This document shows, piece after piece, positions 53,663 to 63,024 of a stretch of DNA of 64,000 nt (position 1 is the stretch's first letter; each line of letters starts with the position of its first letter). A program made the translations under genes and the position numbers. The notes beneath the pieces were generated by a model. That model did not search any database and was not told the DNA's origin. It saw only the letters and a list, made by a program, of their open reading frames with translations. The stretch comes from Pseudomonadota bacterium (lineage in GTDB: Archaea > Thermoplasmatota > SW-10-69-26 > JACQPN01 > JAJPHT01): contig JAJPHT010000029.1 of the NCBI GenBank assembly GCA_021325135.1, forward strand, positions 32,001 through 96,000, written 5' to 3'.

Positions 53663-54196
53663 TCAAGGCTCGAACATCGCCGTGTCGTTGCCGCGGGGGA
53701 GGGGGTCGCAGGGCGTGCATCCGGCGATCCAGTTCACGGTGAACGAGAGCGGGCCCGCGGGGAGGCCGTGGGGGGCGGTGAAGCGGACGGCGACGGCGTA
53801 GGTGCGCAGCTTGCCGTCCACCTGGACCGGCGTGACGAGGTCGACGCGCGTGCAGGCGGCGTAGCTGCCGTTGGGGAGGCGCGCGACGTCCACCTGGTTG
53901 ACGCGGCTCACGCGGTCCTGGCGGTCGGTGTCCTGGTACGTCGCGTAGACCCAGAGGAGCGTGGTGGCGTTGATCTTGTGGACGCCGGGGGCGAGGCCGC
54001 CCGCGTCGTTGGCGGCGTCGGCGCGGAAGTCCACCGCGACGGGGACGCTGTCCTGGGGCGGGCACGGGTCGACCCACGAGCCGCCGGGCAAGGGGGGCGG
54101 CACGTAGTGGGCGGCGGGGGTCGTGCCCGTGGGGGGCGCGGGCGCCTGCGTGCAGCCCGCGGCCAGGAGGACGAGAAGCAGGGCCGCCGCGCGCAT
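53663..54196 (-). CDS. lipoprotein
   Basis: Lipobox MRAAALLLVLLAAGC; Pro-rich linker; C-terminal CxxC. Confidence 0.75.
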   Translation of the reverse strand: MRAAALLLVLLAAGCTQAPAPPTGTTPAAHYVPPPLPGGSWVDPCPPQDSVPVAVDFRADAANDAGGLAPGVHKINATTLLWVYATYQDTDRQDRVSRVNQVDVARLPNGSYAACTRVDLVTPVQVDGKLRTYAVAVRFTAPHGLPAGPLSFTVNWIAGCTPCDPLPRGNDTAMFEP

Positions 54197-54212
54197 GCGG
54201 CGGGCAGCCCGC

Positions 54213-54749
54213 TCACGCGCCAAAAAAGGCTCGGATGCCCCACGGGATGAGCGCGAGGAGCGCGGCCACCAGGTGGTTGCGCGCGGCGCTCGCCTTGCGC
54301 GCGCGGCTTCCGCGCCCGCGGCTCCACGCCCACGCGGAGAGGCCGAGCCCCACGAAGAAGAACGACACGAGGCTGGCCAGCCCGTAGAGCGCCCAGTCGG
54401 GGGCGAGGACGCCGAAGACCAGCGCGTCGCGCGAGACGAGCCCCGCGTCCGCCGCCAGGAGGCCGAGCCCAAGCACCAGCGCGCTGGCGCCCGCGACGAG
54501 GATGGCGGGGAGGTCGGTCCCCAGGAGGAGGCCGCCCAGCATCGCGTCGCCGTCGTCGTCCCGCCCCGCGGCGAGGAGGCCCACGAGAAGCCCCGCGGCG
54601 GCCAGCGCCCCGCCCAGGGCGGGGAGCGCCCACCAGAGGGGCTTCCCTGCGATCGTCGGTCCCGAGGGGCGCAGCATCGCCCCTGCTCCAGCCAGCCCAG
54701 CGCCGCACGCGACCAGCGTCGCGGCGCAGGCGCCGATTCGGCGCGCCAT
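54213..54749 (-). CDS. polytopic membrane protein
   Basis: About five hydrophobic segments; co-oriented with the two lipoproteins. Confidence 0.6.
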   Translation of the reverse strand: MARRIGACAATLVACGAGLAGAGAMLRPSGPTIAGKPLWWALPALGGALAAAGLLVGLLAAGRDDDGDAMLGGLLLGTDLPAILVAGASALVLGLGLLAADAGLVSRDALVFGVLAPDWALYGLASLVSFFFVGLGLSAWAWSRGRGSRARKASAARNHLVAALLALIPWGIRAFFGA

Positions 54750-54825
54750 GGGCCCCACCCTTTGTCGGGGGAGGGATTTGGAGCTTCCCCACGGGGTTCA
54801 AGGGGGGAGGGCGCGCTCGCCGCGC

Positions 54826-55449
54826 GTGGCGGCCATCCTGGTCTTCCCCCGGGCGAGCCCCGCCCTGGTCCGCGCGCACCTCAGGCCCGGCGCGCGGGTG
54901 GTCGCCATCGACGCCGGCGCCGACGTCCTGCGCGCGGTGGGCGCCGTGCCCGACCTCATCGTGGGGGACCTGGACTCCGTGAGCCCCGAGACGCTGGGCC
55001 ACTATCAGTCCCTGGGCGTCCCCGTGGAGCGCCACCCCTCGGCGAAGCGCGACACCGACGCGGCCCTCGCGCTGCGCCGCGTCGCGGACGAGGAGGAGAT
55101 CGCCTTCCTGGGCCCCGGCGGCGGCCGCCCCGACCACGCGCTGGCGAACCTGCACCTCCTCGCTGCCGCGAGCCTGCGCGCGCGCGTCCGCGCCGTGGAC
55201 GACGACGGCATCACCGAGGTCGTCACCCCCGAGCGCGAGCTCCAGCTGGGCCTCCCCGAGGGCACGCTCCTCTCGGCCATCCCCTTCGACGCCCGCGTGG
55301 AGGGCATCACCTACGACGGCATGCAGTACCCGCTGGTGGAGGCCACCATGGTCGCGGGCGACCCCTACGGCGTCAGCAACCTCACGGGCCCGCCGCCGCA
55401 GCGCATCCGCGTCCGGAAGGGGCGGCTGCTGGTGATGCTCCCCGCTTGA
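54826..55449 (+). CDS. thiN: thiamine pyrophosphokinase (bacterial-type)
   Basis: AIDAGA, PDLIVGDLDS, KRDTD, GGRPDHALANL, G..YPL, GVSN. Confidence 0.9.
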   Translation: MAAILVFPRASPALVRAHLRPGARVVAIDAGADVLRAVGAVPDLIVGDLDSVSPETLGHYQSLGVPVERHPSAKRDTDAALALRRVADEEEIAFLGPGGGRPDHALANLHLLAAASLRARVRAVDDDGITEVVTPERELQLGLPEGTLLSAIPFDARVEGITYDGMQYPLVEATMVAGDPYGVSNLTGPPPQRIRVRKGRLLVMLPA

Positions 55450-55623
55450 GCCCCCCGTCTCCGTCCAAAAGATAGCAAATCATCGAGGGCCGCGCGCAGA
55501 GGCCGATCGCGGGCGGGCCGGCATCTCTCCGGCGGCGCGCGGGGCGTGCGCGGGCGGCTCGACGTCAACCCCCCGTGGCTCGCGCTGGACCATAACCTTG
55601 CCGAGTCGGCGCCCGGAGCGGGC

Positions 55624-55923
55624 TCAGCCCTTCTTGACCCACCACGCGTCGGCGTGCTCGGCCTCGGCGCGGCTGTCCACGCGCTTGGGCTTCTGCCGGG
55701 TGGGCATGAGCGGCTTGCCGGGGCCCCGCAGGCCCGGCTCCTTGGGCGCCTTGCGCTCCGCCGCGGGCTCGTCTCCCTCCGCGGGCGCGGCGCGGGGCTT
55801 GCGCGGCGGGGGCGCCTCGATGACGGGGCGAAGCTCCGGCGCAGGCGGCGGCACGGCGCTCGCCTTGCAGAGGGGGCAGGAGGTCCGCAGCTTCTTGTGC
55901 TCGCAGAAGACCGTCGCCGCCAT
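55624..55923 (-). CDS. small basic protein with N-terminal CxH...CxxC putative zinc finger
   Basis: FCEHKKLRTSCPLCK, Pro/Lys-rich linker, terminal DAWWVKKG. Confidence 0.7.
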   Translation of the reverse strand: MAATVFCEHKKLRTSCPLCKASAVPPPAPELRPVIEAPPPRKPRAAPAEGDEPAAERKAPKEPGLRGPGKPLMPTRQKPKRVDSRAEAEHADAWWVKKG

Positions 55924-56026
55924 GGGAGCCGGGGAGGCGACGCCCCTTCTTGAGGACTTTGGCTGGGCCGTTCCTCCGCCGCGGATCGCGCAGGGGGATT
56001 TTTTCGTCACCCCTCCCGAGGCGGGC

Positions 56027-57556
56027 TCAGGCTTTCGCCTTGGCGGCGGGCGGCGGCAGGATGGGCGCGAGCGCGGTGGCGTTGCCGCGCAGGGCGGGGC
56101 CCTCCTGGAGCGTGCCGGCGAAGCCCACGTCCACGTCGTAGGGCACCGTGGGGTCGGTGACGCACTTCTGCGTGCACACGTCCACGAACGCGGCCCACGG
56201 GCGGCCGTCGCCGTCGATGGCGATGTCGATGAAGTCGGTCATGCCGTGGCAGCGGTCGCCGCACGCGCCGCGGGAGAGCGGGTCCATGGGGTCGTTGGCG
56301 GTGACCGTCTGGATGGTCGCGTTGGGGTTGAGCGCGTCGGTCATGACGCCGATGTAGGCGTTCCACGTGGCGTTCTTCCAGGCGTCGGGCTCGTCGCAGG
56401 GGAGGGCGGGGAGCGCGCCGCAGGTGGGGGCCGGGTTCTTGTAGCCGCCCGGCTGCGTGGTGCCCACGTAGGCGAAGGCCACCTTGCCGGGCGCGCCGGC
56501 CGCGATGGCGTTGAACTTGGTGGCGGTGACGTCGGGCGCGGCGACGCCCACGGCCGTGCTCCACGTCGCGCCGTGGTCCTTGCTGTACGCGTAGAAGGGG
56601 AGCCCCTTGCTCTCCCAGATGGCGTACACGTTGTCGGCCTCGTCCACGGCCACGTCCACGTGGAGGCCCGTGTTGGGCGCGTCCTTGGAGATGCTGACGA
56701 CCTTCCACGACTGCGCGTCGTCCTCGGTGATGGCCACCGAGGCGAGGCCGCCGCAGTCCAGGGGGAGGAAGACGCGGCCCGTGGAGTCGCTCTCCAGGTG
56801 GCCCGTGATGGCGCCGCACGCGTTCATGGCCTCCTTCACGGGGACCTGGGGGAGGAACGAGAGGCCGCCGTCCACGGAGATGGCGCAGCCGGTGAAGGCG
56901 AGGTTGTTCACGCAGCGGTAGACGAGGTTGGGGTAGCCCACGGTGGGCAGCGTGTGGGGCTTCGCGGTGCCCACGGTCTGGTGGTCGTTGACGTTGGGGT
57001 TGCCGCAGGACGCGGGGTCGTGGGTCCACGACGCGCCCTTGTCGTCGGTGTAGGAGAGGAAGCCGCACCCGAGGGGGTAGATGTCGTCCATGAACACGCG
57101 GTCCGTGTCGTGGTCGACGTGCATCATGGGGTCCCAGGAGCGCAGCTTGTAGCTGTCGCCCGTGGGGAGCTTGGGGAACGCGTCCTGCCAGGTCTGCCCC
57201 TTGTCCTTGGAGCGCATGAGCGTGGGGCCCGCCTGGAAGTTGGCGTAGGGCAGGGGCGGGCACCCGGCGGTGGCGCAGGTGGGGTTGGGCACCTCGGCCG
57301 TCATGAAGATGGTCCCGTCCTTGGTCACGCCGATGGTGGGCTCCGCCGAGGCCACGCCCAGGGAGTACTGCCCGCCCACCGCGCGCACGGTGTCCGCGGC
57401 CGCGGGGACGAGGTGGCCCATGGTGTCGTGGAGCACGCCCCCCGTGGGGAGCGCCGCGGAGCCCACGGGCGCCGAGGCGGGGGAGAGGTTGGCGGAGGGC
57501 GCCGCGCAGCCCGAGAGGAGGGCGGCGAGGGCGAGGAGCAGCGGGAGGGCGCGCAT
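56027..57556 (-). CDS. lipoprotein with BNR/Asp-box (sialidase-like) beta-propeller
   Basis: Lipobox LSGC; Asp-boxes SKDKGQTW, TDDKGASW, SVDGGLSF, TEDDAQSW, SKDHGATW. Confidence 0.88.
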   Translation of the reverse strand: MRALPLLLALAALLSGCAAPSANLSPASAPVGSAALPTGGVLHDTMGHLVPAAADTVRAVGGQYSLGVASAEPTIGVTKDGTIFMTAEVPNPTCATAGCPPLPYANFQAGPTLMRSKDKGQTWQDAFPKLPTGDSYKLRSWDPMMHVDHDTDRVFMDDIYPLGCGFLSYTDDKGASWTHDPASCGNPNVNDHQTVGTAKPHTLPTVGYPNLVYRCVNNLAFTGCAISVDGGLSFLPQVPVKEAMNACGAITGHLESDSTGRVFLPLDCGGLASVAITEDDAQSWKVVSISKDAPNTGLHVDVAVDEADNVYAIWESKGLPFYAYSKDHGATWSTAVGVAAPDVTATKFNAIAAGAPGKVAFAYVGTTQPGGYKNPAPTCGALPALPCDEPDAWKNATWNAYIGVMTDALNPNATIQTVTANDPMDPLSRGACGDRCHGMTDFIDIAIDGDGRPWAAFVDVCTQKCVTDPTVPYDVDVGFAGTLQEGPALRGNATALAPILPPPAAKAKA

Positions 57557-57653
57557 GGGCGCGCCAGGCCCCAGGGCGGCTTAGTCGTTTGCGGTCGCGC
57601 CGTTGCCCATCCCGTCGGGAACCTTCAAAGGCGGAGGGCCGGATGCGCGCGCG

Positions 57654-58913
57654 ATGGTCGACGTCATCGTCGTCGGCGCGGGCCCGGGAGGCTCCGCCTG
57701 CGCGAGCTTCCTCGCCCGCGAGGGCCTGCGCGTCCTGCTCGTGGACAAGGCCACCTTCCCCCGCGACAAGCCGTGCGGCGACGCCATCAGCGGCAAGAGC
57801 GCCGCGGTCCTGCGCGAGCTGGGCATCGCGGACGCCGTCGAGGAGCGCCCCCACGCCATCGCCGAGGGCGTCCTCTTCTCGGGCCCCAAGGGGGACCGCG
57901 TGCAGATCCCCTTCCCCAAGGACGTCGACCCCACCGGCATCAGGAACAGCAAGCGGTACAACTACGTCACCGCGGGCTGGGTCGCGCGCCGCCTCGTGTA
58001 CGACGAGATGCTCTTCCGCCACGCGCAGTCGTACAAGACCGTCGAGACCCTGGAGGGCTTCGAGGTCAAGGACCTCCTCTGGGAGGGCGATCGCGTCGTG
58101 GGCGTCAAGGGCGCGGACGGCCGCGAGATCCGCGCGAAGCTCGTCGTGGGGGCCGACGGCGCCATGAGCGTCGTCGCCCAGAAGGTGGGCGCCTTCGAGC
58201 GCGACCACGACCACTGGATCGGCGCCTACCGCGTCTACTACGAGGGCGTCACGGGGATGACCAACGACATCGAGATCCACTTCGTGGAAGGGCTCATCCC
58301 CGGCTACTTCTGGATCTTCCCCCTGGACAACGGCCTGGCGAACGTGGGCAGCGGCATGGTGGAGACCGACCTCCAGGCCGTCGACCGCTCCGGCAAGAAG
58401 AAGGTCCACCTCATCGAGGACACCGAGCGCATCATGCGCGAGCACCCGGCCTTCCGGGAGCGCTTCGCCAAGGCCAAGGAGGTGCCCGGCTCCAAGCGGG
58501 GCTGGCTCCTCCCGGTGGGCAGCAAGCGCCGCCCGCTGGCCGGCGAAGGCTGGATGCTCGTGGGCGACGCCGGCGCGCTCATCGACCCCTTCTCGGGCGA
58601 AGGCATCGGCAACGCCATGGTCAGCGGCCGTCTCGCCGCCGCCACCGCCGCCAAGGCGCTCGCCGCCGGCGACGTCTCCAAGGCGCGCCTCCTGGAGTAC
58701 GAGGCCGCCGTGCGTGCCGAGCTGGACGAGGAGCTCCAGATGAGCTACAAGCTCCAGCGCCTCGGCCGCAGCCGCATGCTCCTCAACTTCGTCCTGCGCC
58801 GCGCCGCGAAGCGCCCCAAGGTCCGCGAGACCATCAGCAGCATGCTGGCCGACCGGGAGAAGAAGGAAGAATTCGGCTCCGTCCTCTTCTACGTGAAGCT
58901 GCTGTTCATGTGA
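57654..58913 (+). CDS. geranylgeranyl reductase family FAD-dependent oxidoreductase
   Basis: GAGPGG, FPRDKPCG, GADGA, GYFWIFP, LVGDAG..IDPFSGEGI. Confidence 0.92.
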   Translation: MVDVIVVGAGPGGSACASFLAREGLRVLLVDKATFPRDKPCGDAISGKSAAVLRELGIADAVEERPHAIAEGVLFSGPKGDRVQIPFPKDVDPTGIRNSKRYNYVTAGWVARRLVYDEMLFRHAQSYKTVETLEGFEVKDLLWEGDRVVGVKGADGREIRAKLVVGADGAMSVVAQKVGAFERDHDHWIGAYRVYYEGVTGMTNDIEIHFVEGLIPGYFWIFPLDNGLANVGSGMVETDLQAVDRSGKKKVHLIEDTERIMREHPAFRERFAKAKEVPGSKRGWLLPVGSKRRPLAGEGWMLVGDAGALIDPFSGEGIGNAMVSGRLAAATAAKALAAGDVSKARLLEYEAAVRAELDEELQMSYKLQRLGRSRMLLNFVLRRAAKRPKVRETISSMLADREKKEEFGSVLFYVKLLFM

Positions 58914-59025
58914 TCCTTCTTCGGGCGGCCGGCGGCCCGCGCCTCTTCACAATCAATCTCGCATAGCCTCATGTCCGGGAGGGAGATGGATCCGTGCGAG
59001 GCTCTGGAGGCTTCGCAGTGAGACC

Positions 59026-59418
59026 ATGATCCCCTACGCCAAGCCCCTCTTCTCCCCCGTGCACGACGAGCGCGAGTCCGCCGGCTGCTGCTTCTTCTTC
59101 AACAACGCCGGGCAGGGCGTCTACTATTATCCCGGCTCGGGAGGCAGCGGAAACGGCGGGGCCTCGGTGGGGAACAACTCCGCCTCCGTCACCCCGCTGT
59201 GCGGCACGGGGCTGCCCGCGACGCAGCCCCAGACCTTCGGCATCCCCCTGGGCACGACCGGCCTCGTCGCCAACGTGGGGGCTGACGGGAGCGTGACGTT
59301 CGCCCTCGATCCCAACACCTTCGGCGCGAGCGTGGCCGGCACGTCCGTGGGCCCGGGCGGGAACCCGGCGGGCCTGCCGCGCGTCGAGCAGTGCATCAGC
59401 CCCAGCGGCAACTGCTGA
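59026..59418 (+). CDS. Gly-rich hypothetical protein with a YxxP leader-like N-terminus
   Basis: MIPYAKPLFSPVHDERESAGCCFFFNN...; no hydrophobic signal peptide; GGAGG upstream; strong codon bias. Confidence 0.7.
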   Translation: MIPYAKPLFSPVHDERESAGCCFFFNNAGQGVYYYPGSGGSGNGGASVGNNSASVTPLCGTGLPATQPQTFGIPLGTTGLVANVGADGSVTFALDPNTFGASVAGTSVGPGGNPAGLPRVEQCISPSGNC

Positions 59419-59605
59419 TCGCCCCTAACGGATCGAGCGCCATCGCGCATCGGCAGCCGCAAGGCACGACCTTGTTTTTCTCGTGGGGTTCCGGCACAGG
59501 AGAAGCGTGCGCCTGCCGATCGTTTCTCACGGTTTTTCTCCGGAAGCGATTAGCCGGCGCAGCGCGCTTGGGGCGCGCCGGCCTGGGCCGGCAGAAGGCT
59601 TCAGC

Positions 59606-60187
59606 ATGAGCAAGACCTCGATCCTCTTCGCGCTCGGTCTCCTCCTCGCGACGGCGCACGCGCCGCCGGTCCACGCCAACACCAGGTGCCCCGGCGCCAA
59701 CCAGCCGACCCACATCTTCCTGGCCCAGGGCGGCACGCAGTTCAGCGACACGGTGACCATCGTGGACACCAACACCACGGATTGCAACGGCGACAGCAAC
59801 CCGCGCGACTTCGACGGCGACTACGACCTGGGCATCGGCGGCGGCTTCTTCGGCTCGTCCACCCAGTGGGACGTCACGGCCGGCTGCGGCTACGACCTCA
59901 ACGTCCACGCCACGACCGGGCTGGCGGTCTCCACCACGGGCCTCGTCGCGGCCGGCAGCGTCGGCGTCGACGACACCACGGGCCCGACGGTCGTCACCGA
60001 CCCCTCGGGAGCGACCCTCAGCTGCCAGGTGGACGGCACCGTCACGCCCGAGACGGACTCGGACGACTGCCTCGCCCCGTTCGTCGGTGCGTGGGCCGCG
60101 CCCTGCGGCGGCGTGGGCGGCGACGACGGCTACTGGATCTTCGTCCACGCGGAGTCCTCGGCCGGAACGCTGACGGCCGACTTCTGA
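59606..60187 (+). CDS. secreted acidic Cys-containing protein
   Basis: Signal peptide ending PVHA; DCNGD...DFDGDYD Ca-binding-like loops; 6 Cys. Confidence 0.78.
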   Translation: MSKTSILFALGLLLATAHAPPVHANTRCPGANQPTHIFLAQGGTQFSDTVTIVDTNTTDCNGDSNPRDFDGDYDLGIGGGFFGSSTQWDVTAGCGYDLNVHATTGLAVSTTGLVAAGSVGVDDTTGPTVVTDPSGATLSCQVDGTVTPETDSDDCLAPFVGAWAAPCGGVGGDDGYWIFVHAESSAGTLTADF

Positions 60188-60296
60188 CCCGCAAGCTTGC
60201 GCTCAGGCGTGCTGCCTTGATACGTCGCGGACGAGTCCGCTCGCCTGCGAGCCTTGTTCCAGAATCGCCAATGCGGGTCCCGCCGAGCCTCGGAGC

Positions 60297-60497
60297 GTGC
60301 TGCGCGCGCTCGCTGCCCTGGTGGGGCTCCTCGTCGTCGTGGGCGTCTATGGCGTCGTGACGGGCGGAGCCCAGGCGCACGCGGCGTCGCACGCGGGACC
60401 GGGCAGCGCGGACTTCGGCTTCGCGCTGGCCGCCGGCGCCGTGGCGCTGGGCGCGACGATCCTCATGAGCCGGCCGCGCTTCCGCTTCAGGCGCTGA
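60297..60497 (+). CDS. small two-TM membrane protein
   Basis: Two hydrophobic segments and a basic tail RPRFRFRR. Confidence 0.5.
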   Translation: MLRALAALVGLLVVVGVYGVVTGGAQAHAASHAGPGSADFGFALAAGAVALGATILMSRPRFRFRR

Positions 60498-61419
60498 GCC
60501 TCTTCGCGCGCGCGAGGTCCCACGCCACTCTGCACGGCGAGCCCGGCGCGGGGAAGCTCCCCACGGGGCCGCGCGCGTCGATCTCCTGGCCGCTCGCGAG
60601 CCTCACGCGCGCCTCCTCGTGGAACCCCGCGAAGCGCCGCGCGACCACGCGGGCGTCCCCCTGGGGATCGGCCTCGACGCGCACGGCGTCGGGCGGCACG
60701 AGCCACCCGTCGACGACGTTGGCGGCGCCCAGGAAGCGCGCGGTGAAGGCCGTGCGCGGCCCGCGGAACAGGGCGCGCGGCTCGCCCTCCTCCACGACCG
60801 CGCCCTCGCGCATGAGGACCAGCCGGTCCGCCAGGGCGAGGGCCTCGTCGCGGTCGTGGGTGACGAGCACGCTGGTGAGCCCCGCCTCGTCGTGGATGCG
60901 CCGCAGCGCCTCGCGCAGGTCCTCGCGCAGCGCGCGGTCCAGGCTCGCGAGGGGCTCGTCGTAGAGAACCACCGCCGGGCGCGGCGCCAGCGCGCGGGCC
61001 AGCGCGACGCGCTGCCGCTCGCCGCCGGAGAGGCGCGCGACGCGGCGCTTGCCGAACCCTTCGAGCCCCACGAGGCGCAGGAGCTCCTCGACGCGCTCGC
61101 GCGCAGGCTCGCCGCGCACACGCAGGCCGAAGGCGACGTTGGCCGCGACGTCCAGGTGCGGGAAGAGGGCGCCCTCCTGGAAGACGAGCCCCACGCCGCG
61201 CGCCTCGGCGGGGGCCTCCGTGACGTCGCGCCCGTTGAGCAGGATGCGCCCGGCGTCGGGGCGCTCCAGGCCGGCGACGAGGCGCAGGAGCGTGGACTTG
61301 CCCGATCCGCTGGGGCCCAGGAGCACCGTGAAGCTGCGATCGGGGAGGGAGAGCGTCGTGGGCTGGAGCGCGAAGTCGTCGTAGGTCCGCGCGACGCCTT
61401 GCAGGTCGATGCGCGCCAT
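60487..61419 (-). CDS. thiQ: ABC transporter ATP-binding subunit, probably thiamine import
   Basis: GPSGSGKST, VFQEGALFPHL, LSGGERQRVALARAL; in an operon with thiP/thiB-like genes. Confidence 0.8.
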   Translation of the reverse strand: MARIDLQGVARTYDDFALQPTTLSLPDRSFTVLLGPSGSGKSTLLRLVAGLERPDAGRILLNGRDVTEAPAEARGVGLVFQEGALFPHLDVAANVAFGLRVRGEPARERVEELLRLVGLEGFGKRRVARLSGGERQRVALARALAPRPAVVLYDEPLASLDRALREDLREALRRIHDEAGLTSVLVTHDRDEALALADRLVLMREGAVVEEGEPRALFRGPRTAFTARFLGAANVVDGWLVPPDAVRVEADPQGDARVVARRFAGFHEEARVRLASGQEIDARGPVGSFPAPGSPCRVAWDLARAKRLSA

Positions 61420-63021
61420 TCAGAACCCTCCCGCGCGCCCGGGGCGCAGGCGCTCCAGCGCGGCGAAGACGGCGACGTCCAGGAGCATGAGCAGCGTGGC
61501 GAGGGCCATGGCCTCGGGGAAGAGCCACGGGTCGGGCTTCGTCTCGCCGAGGTAGCGGAACATCTCGGCGGGGACGGTGGCGTTCTCGGGGCGCAGGAGG
61601 ATGAGGGCGCCGGCGAACTCGCCCAGGCTCACGCTGGCGGCGAGCACGGCGCCCACCAGCAGCGCAGGTGATAGCAAAGGCAGGTCGATCCAGAGGAGGC
61701 GCTGCCAGCGCGCGGCGCCCAGCGTGCGCGCGGCCTCGCCGAGCGCGGGGTCGCGGGCGCGCAGCGGGCCGGTCACGGCGCGGGCGACGAAGGGGAACGC
61801 CACCAGGGCGTGGACGAGGACGAGGAGCGCGGCGCTGGCGCGCAGGTCCAGCGACCAGGGGCCCACGCGCCAGGGGAAGACGACGAGGAGGCCGAGGCTC
61901 AGCGTGACGGCGCTGGCGCCCAGGGGGAGCATCCACGCGGCGTCGACCAGGGGCCCGCTGCGCGCGGCGGCTCGGGCGGCGAGGGCGCCCAGGGGCACGG
62001 CGAGGACGACGGTCCACGCGGCGAAGACCAGCGAGTTGCGCAGGGCGCGCAGCGGCGGCACGTAGAGGAGCGCGCCCTGGTCGTGGAAGACGCGCAGGAA
62101 GGCGTCGAGGCCCCAGCCGGCGGGCGTGTCGAGGGCGCGCACCGCGGCGGCCAGGAGCGGGAGGAGGAGCAGCGCGGCGACGAGGAAGCCCAGCGCGGCG
62201 AGGGGGCGCGAGGCGGCGGAGAGGGGCGCGAGCGCGGTGGCCTCGTCCACGGGGCGCTCCTGCGCGGCGGCGCGGCGCTCCAGCCAGGCGTAGGCGAGGG
62301 CGGCGAGGAAGGTGAAGACCAGCTGGAGGAGCGCCAGCGTCGCGGCGACGGGGAGGTCGAAGACGCCGATGCCTTCGGTGTAGACGGCGACCTCCAGCGT
62401 GGCGTGCTTGACGGGGTCCGCGAGGAGGAGCACGGTGCCGAAGGCGGTGAAGCCGAAGAGGAACGCCAGCGTGGCGGCGGCCGCGAGGGCGGGCGCCAGG
62501 CGCGGGAGCGTCACGCGGCGCAAGCGCGTCCACGGGCCCGCGCCCAGCGTGGCGGCGGCGTCCTCCAGGCGCGGGTCGAGGTGCGCCCACGCGTCGCCCA
62601 CGAGGCGCACCACCAGCGGGACGTTGTAGACGGCGTGCGCGACGAGGAGCGCGGCGTAGGTGCCGGCGAAGGGGAAGCCGTGGCCCAGGAGGCGCAGCGC
62701 GTAGCCGCGCGGGCCAAGAAGCGCGAGGAGGCCGCCAGCGACGACGACCACGGGCATGACGAAGGGCACCGTGACCAACGCGCGCAGCAGCTTGCGGCCG
62801 CGGAAGCGGTGCCGCCCCAGGAGCCACGCGAGGGGCATGCCGAAGAGGAGGGCGAGGAGCGCGGTGAGCGCGCCAAGCTGGAGGCTCGCCGCGAGGCGCC
62901 CCCGCGCCCACGGGCCCAGGGCGGCGGGGGGGCCCGCGAGGCGCAGGAACGATAGCAGAGGCCACGCGAGGAAGACGAGGAGGAACGCGGCGGGGAGGAG
63001 CCACGTCCAGCTTCGCCGCAT
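61420..63021 (-). CDS. thiP: ABC transporter permease, two-domain ThiP/FbpB type
   Basis: AHAVYNVPLVVR, two EAA..LGA loops, SLGEF. Confidence 0.82.
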   Translation of the reverse strand: MRRSWTWLLPAAFLLVFLAWPLLSFLRLAGPPAALGPWARGRLAASLQLGALTALLALLFGMPLAWLLGRHRFRGRKLLRALVTVPFVMPVVVVAGGLLALLGPRGYALRLLGHGFPFAGTYAALLVAHAVYNVPLVVRLVGDAWAHLDPRLEDAAATLGAGPWTRLRRVTLPRLAPALAAAATLAFLFGFTAFGTVLLLADPVKHATLEVAVYTEGIGVFDLPVAATLALLQLVFTFLAALAYAWLERRAAAQERPVDEATALAPLSAASRPLAALGFLVAALLLLPLLAAAVRALDTPAGWGLDAFLRVFHDQGALLYVPPLRALRNSLVFAAWTVVLAVPLGALAARAAARSGPLVDAAWMLPLGASAVTLSLGLLVVFPWRVGPWSLDLRASAALLVLVHALVAFPFVARAVTGPLRARDPALGEAARTLGAARWQRLLWIDLPLLSPALLVGAVLAASVSLGEFAGALILLRPENATVPAEMFRYLGETKPDPWLFPEAMALATLLMLLDVAVFAALERLRPGRAGGF

Positions 63022-63024
63022 GGC

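Noticed and set aside
56027-57556. True sialidase activity
   Set aside because: Asp-boxes are present but I see no (F/Y)RIP motif or Arg triad, so only the fold is called.
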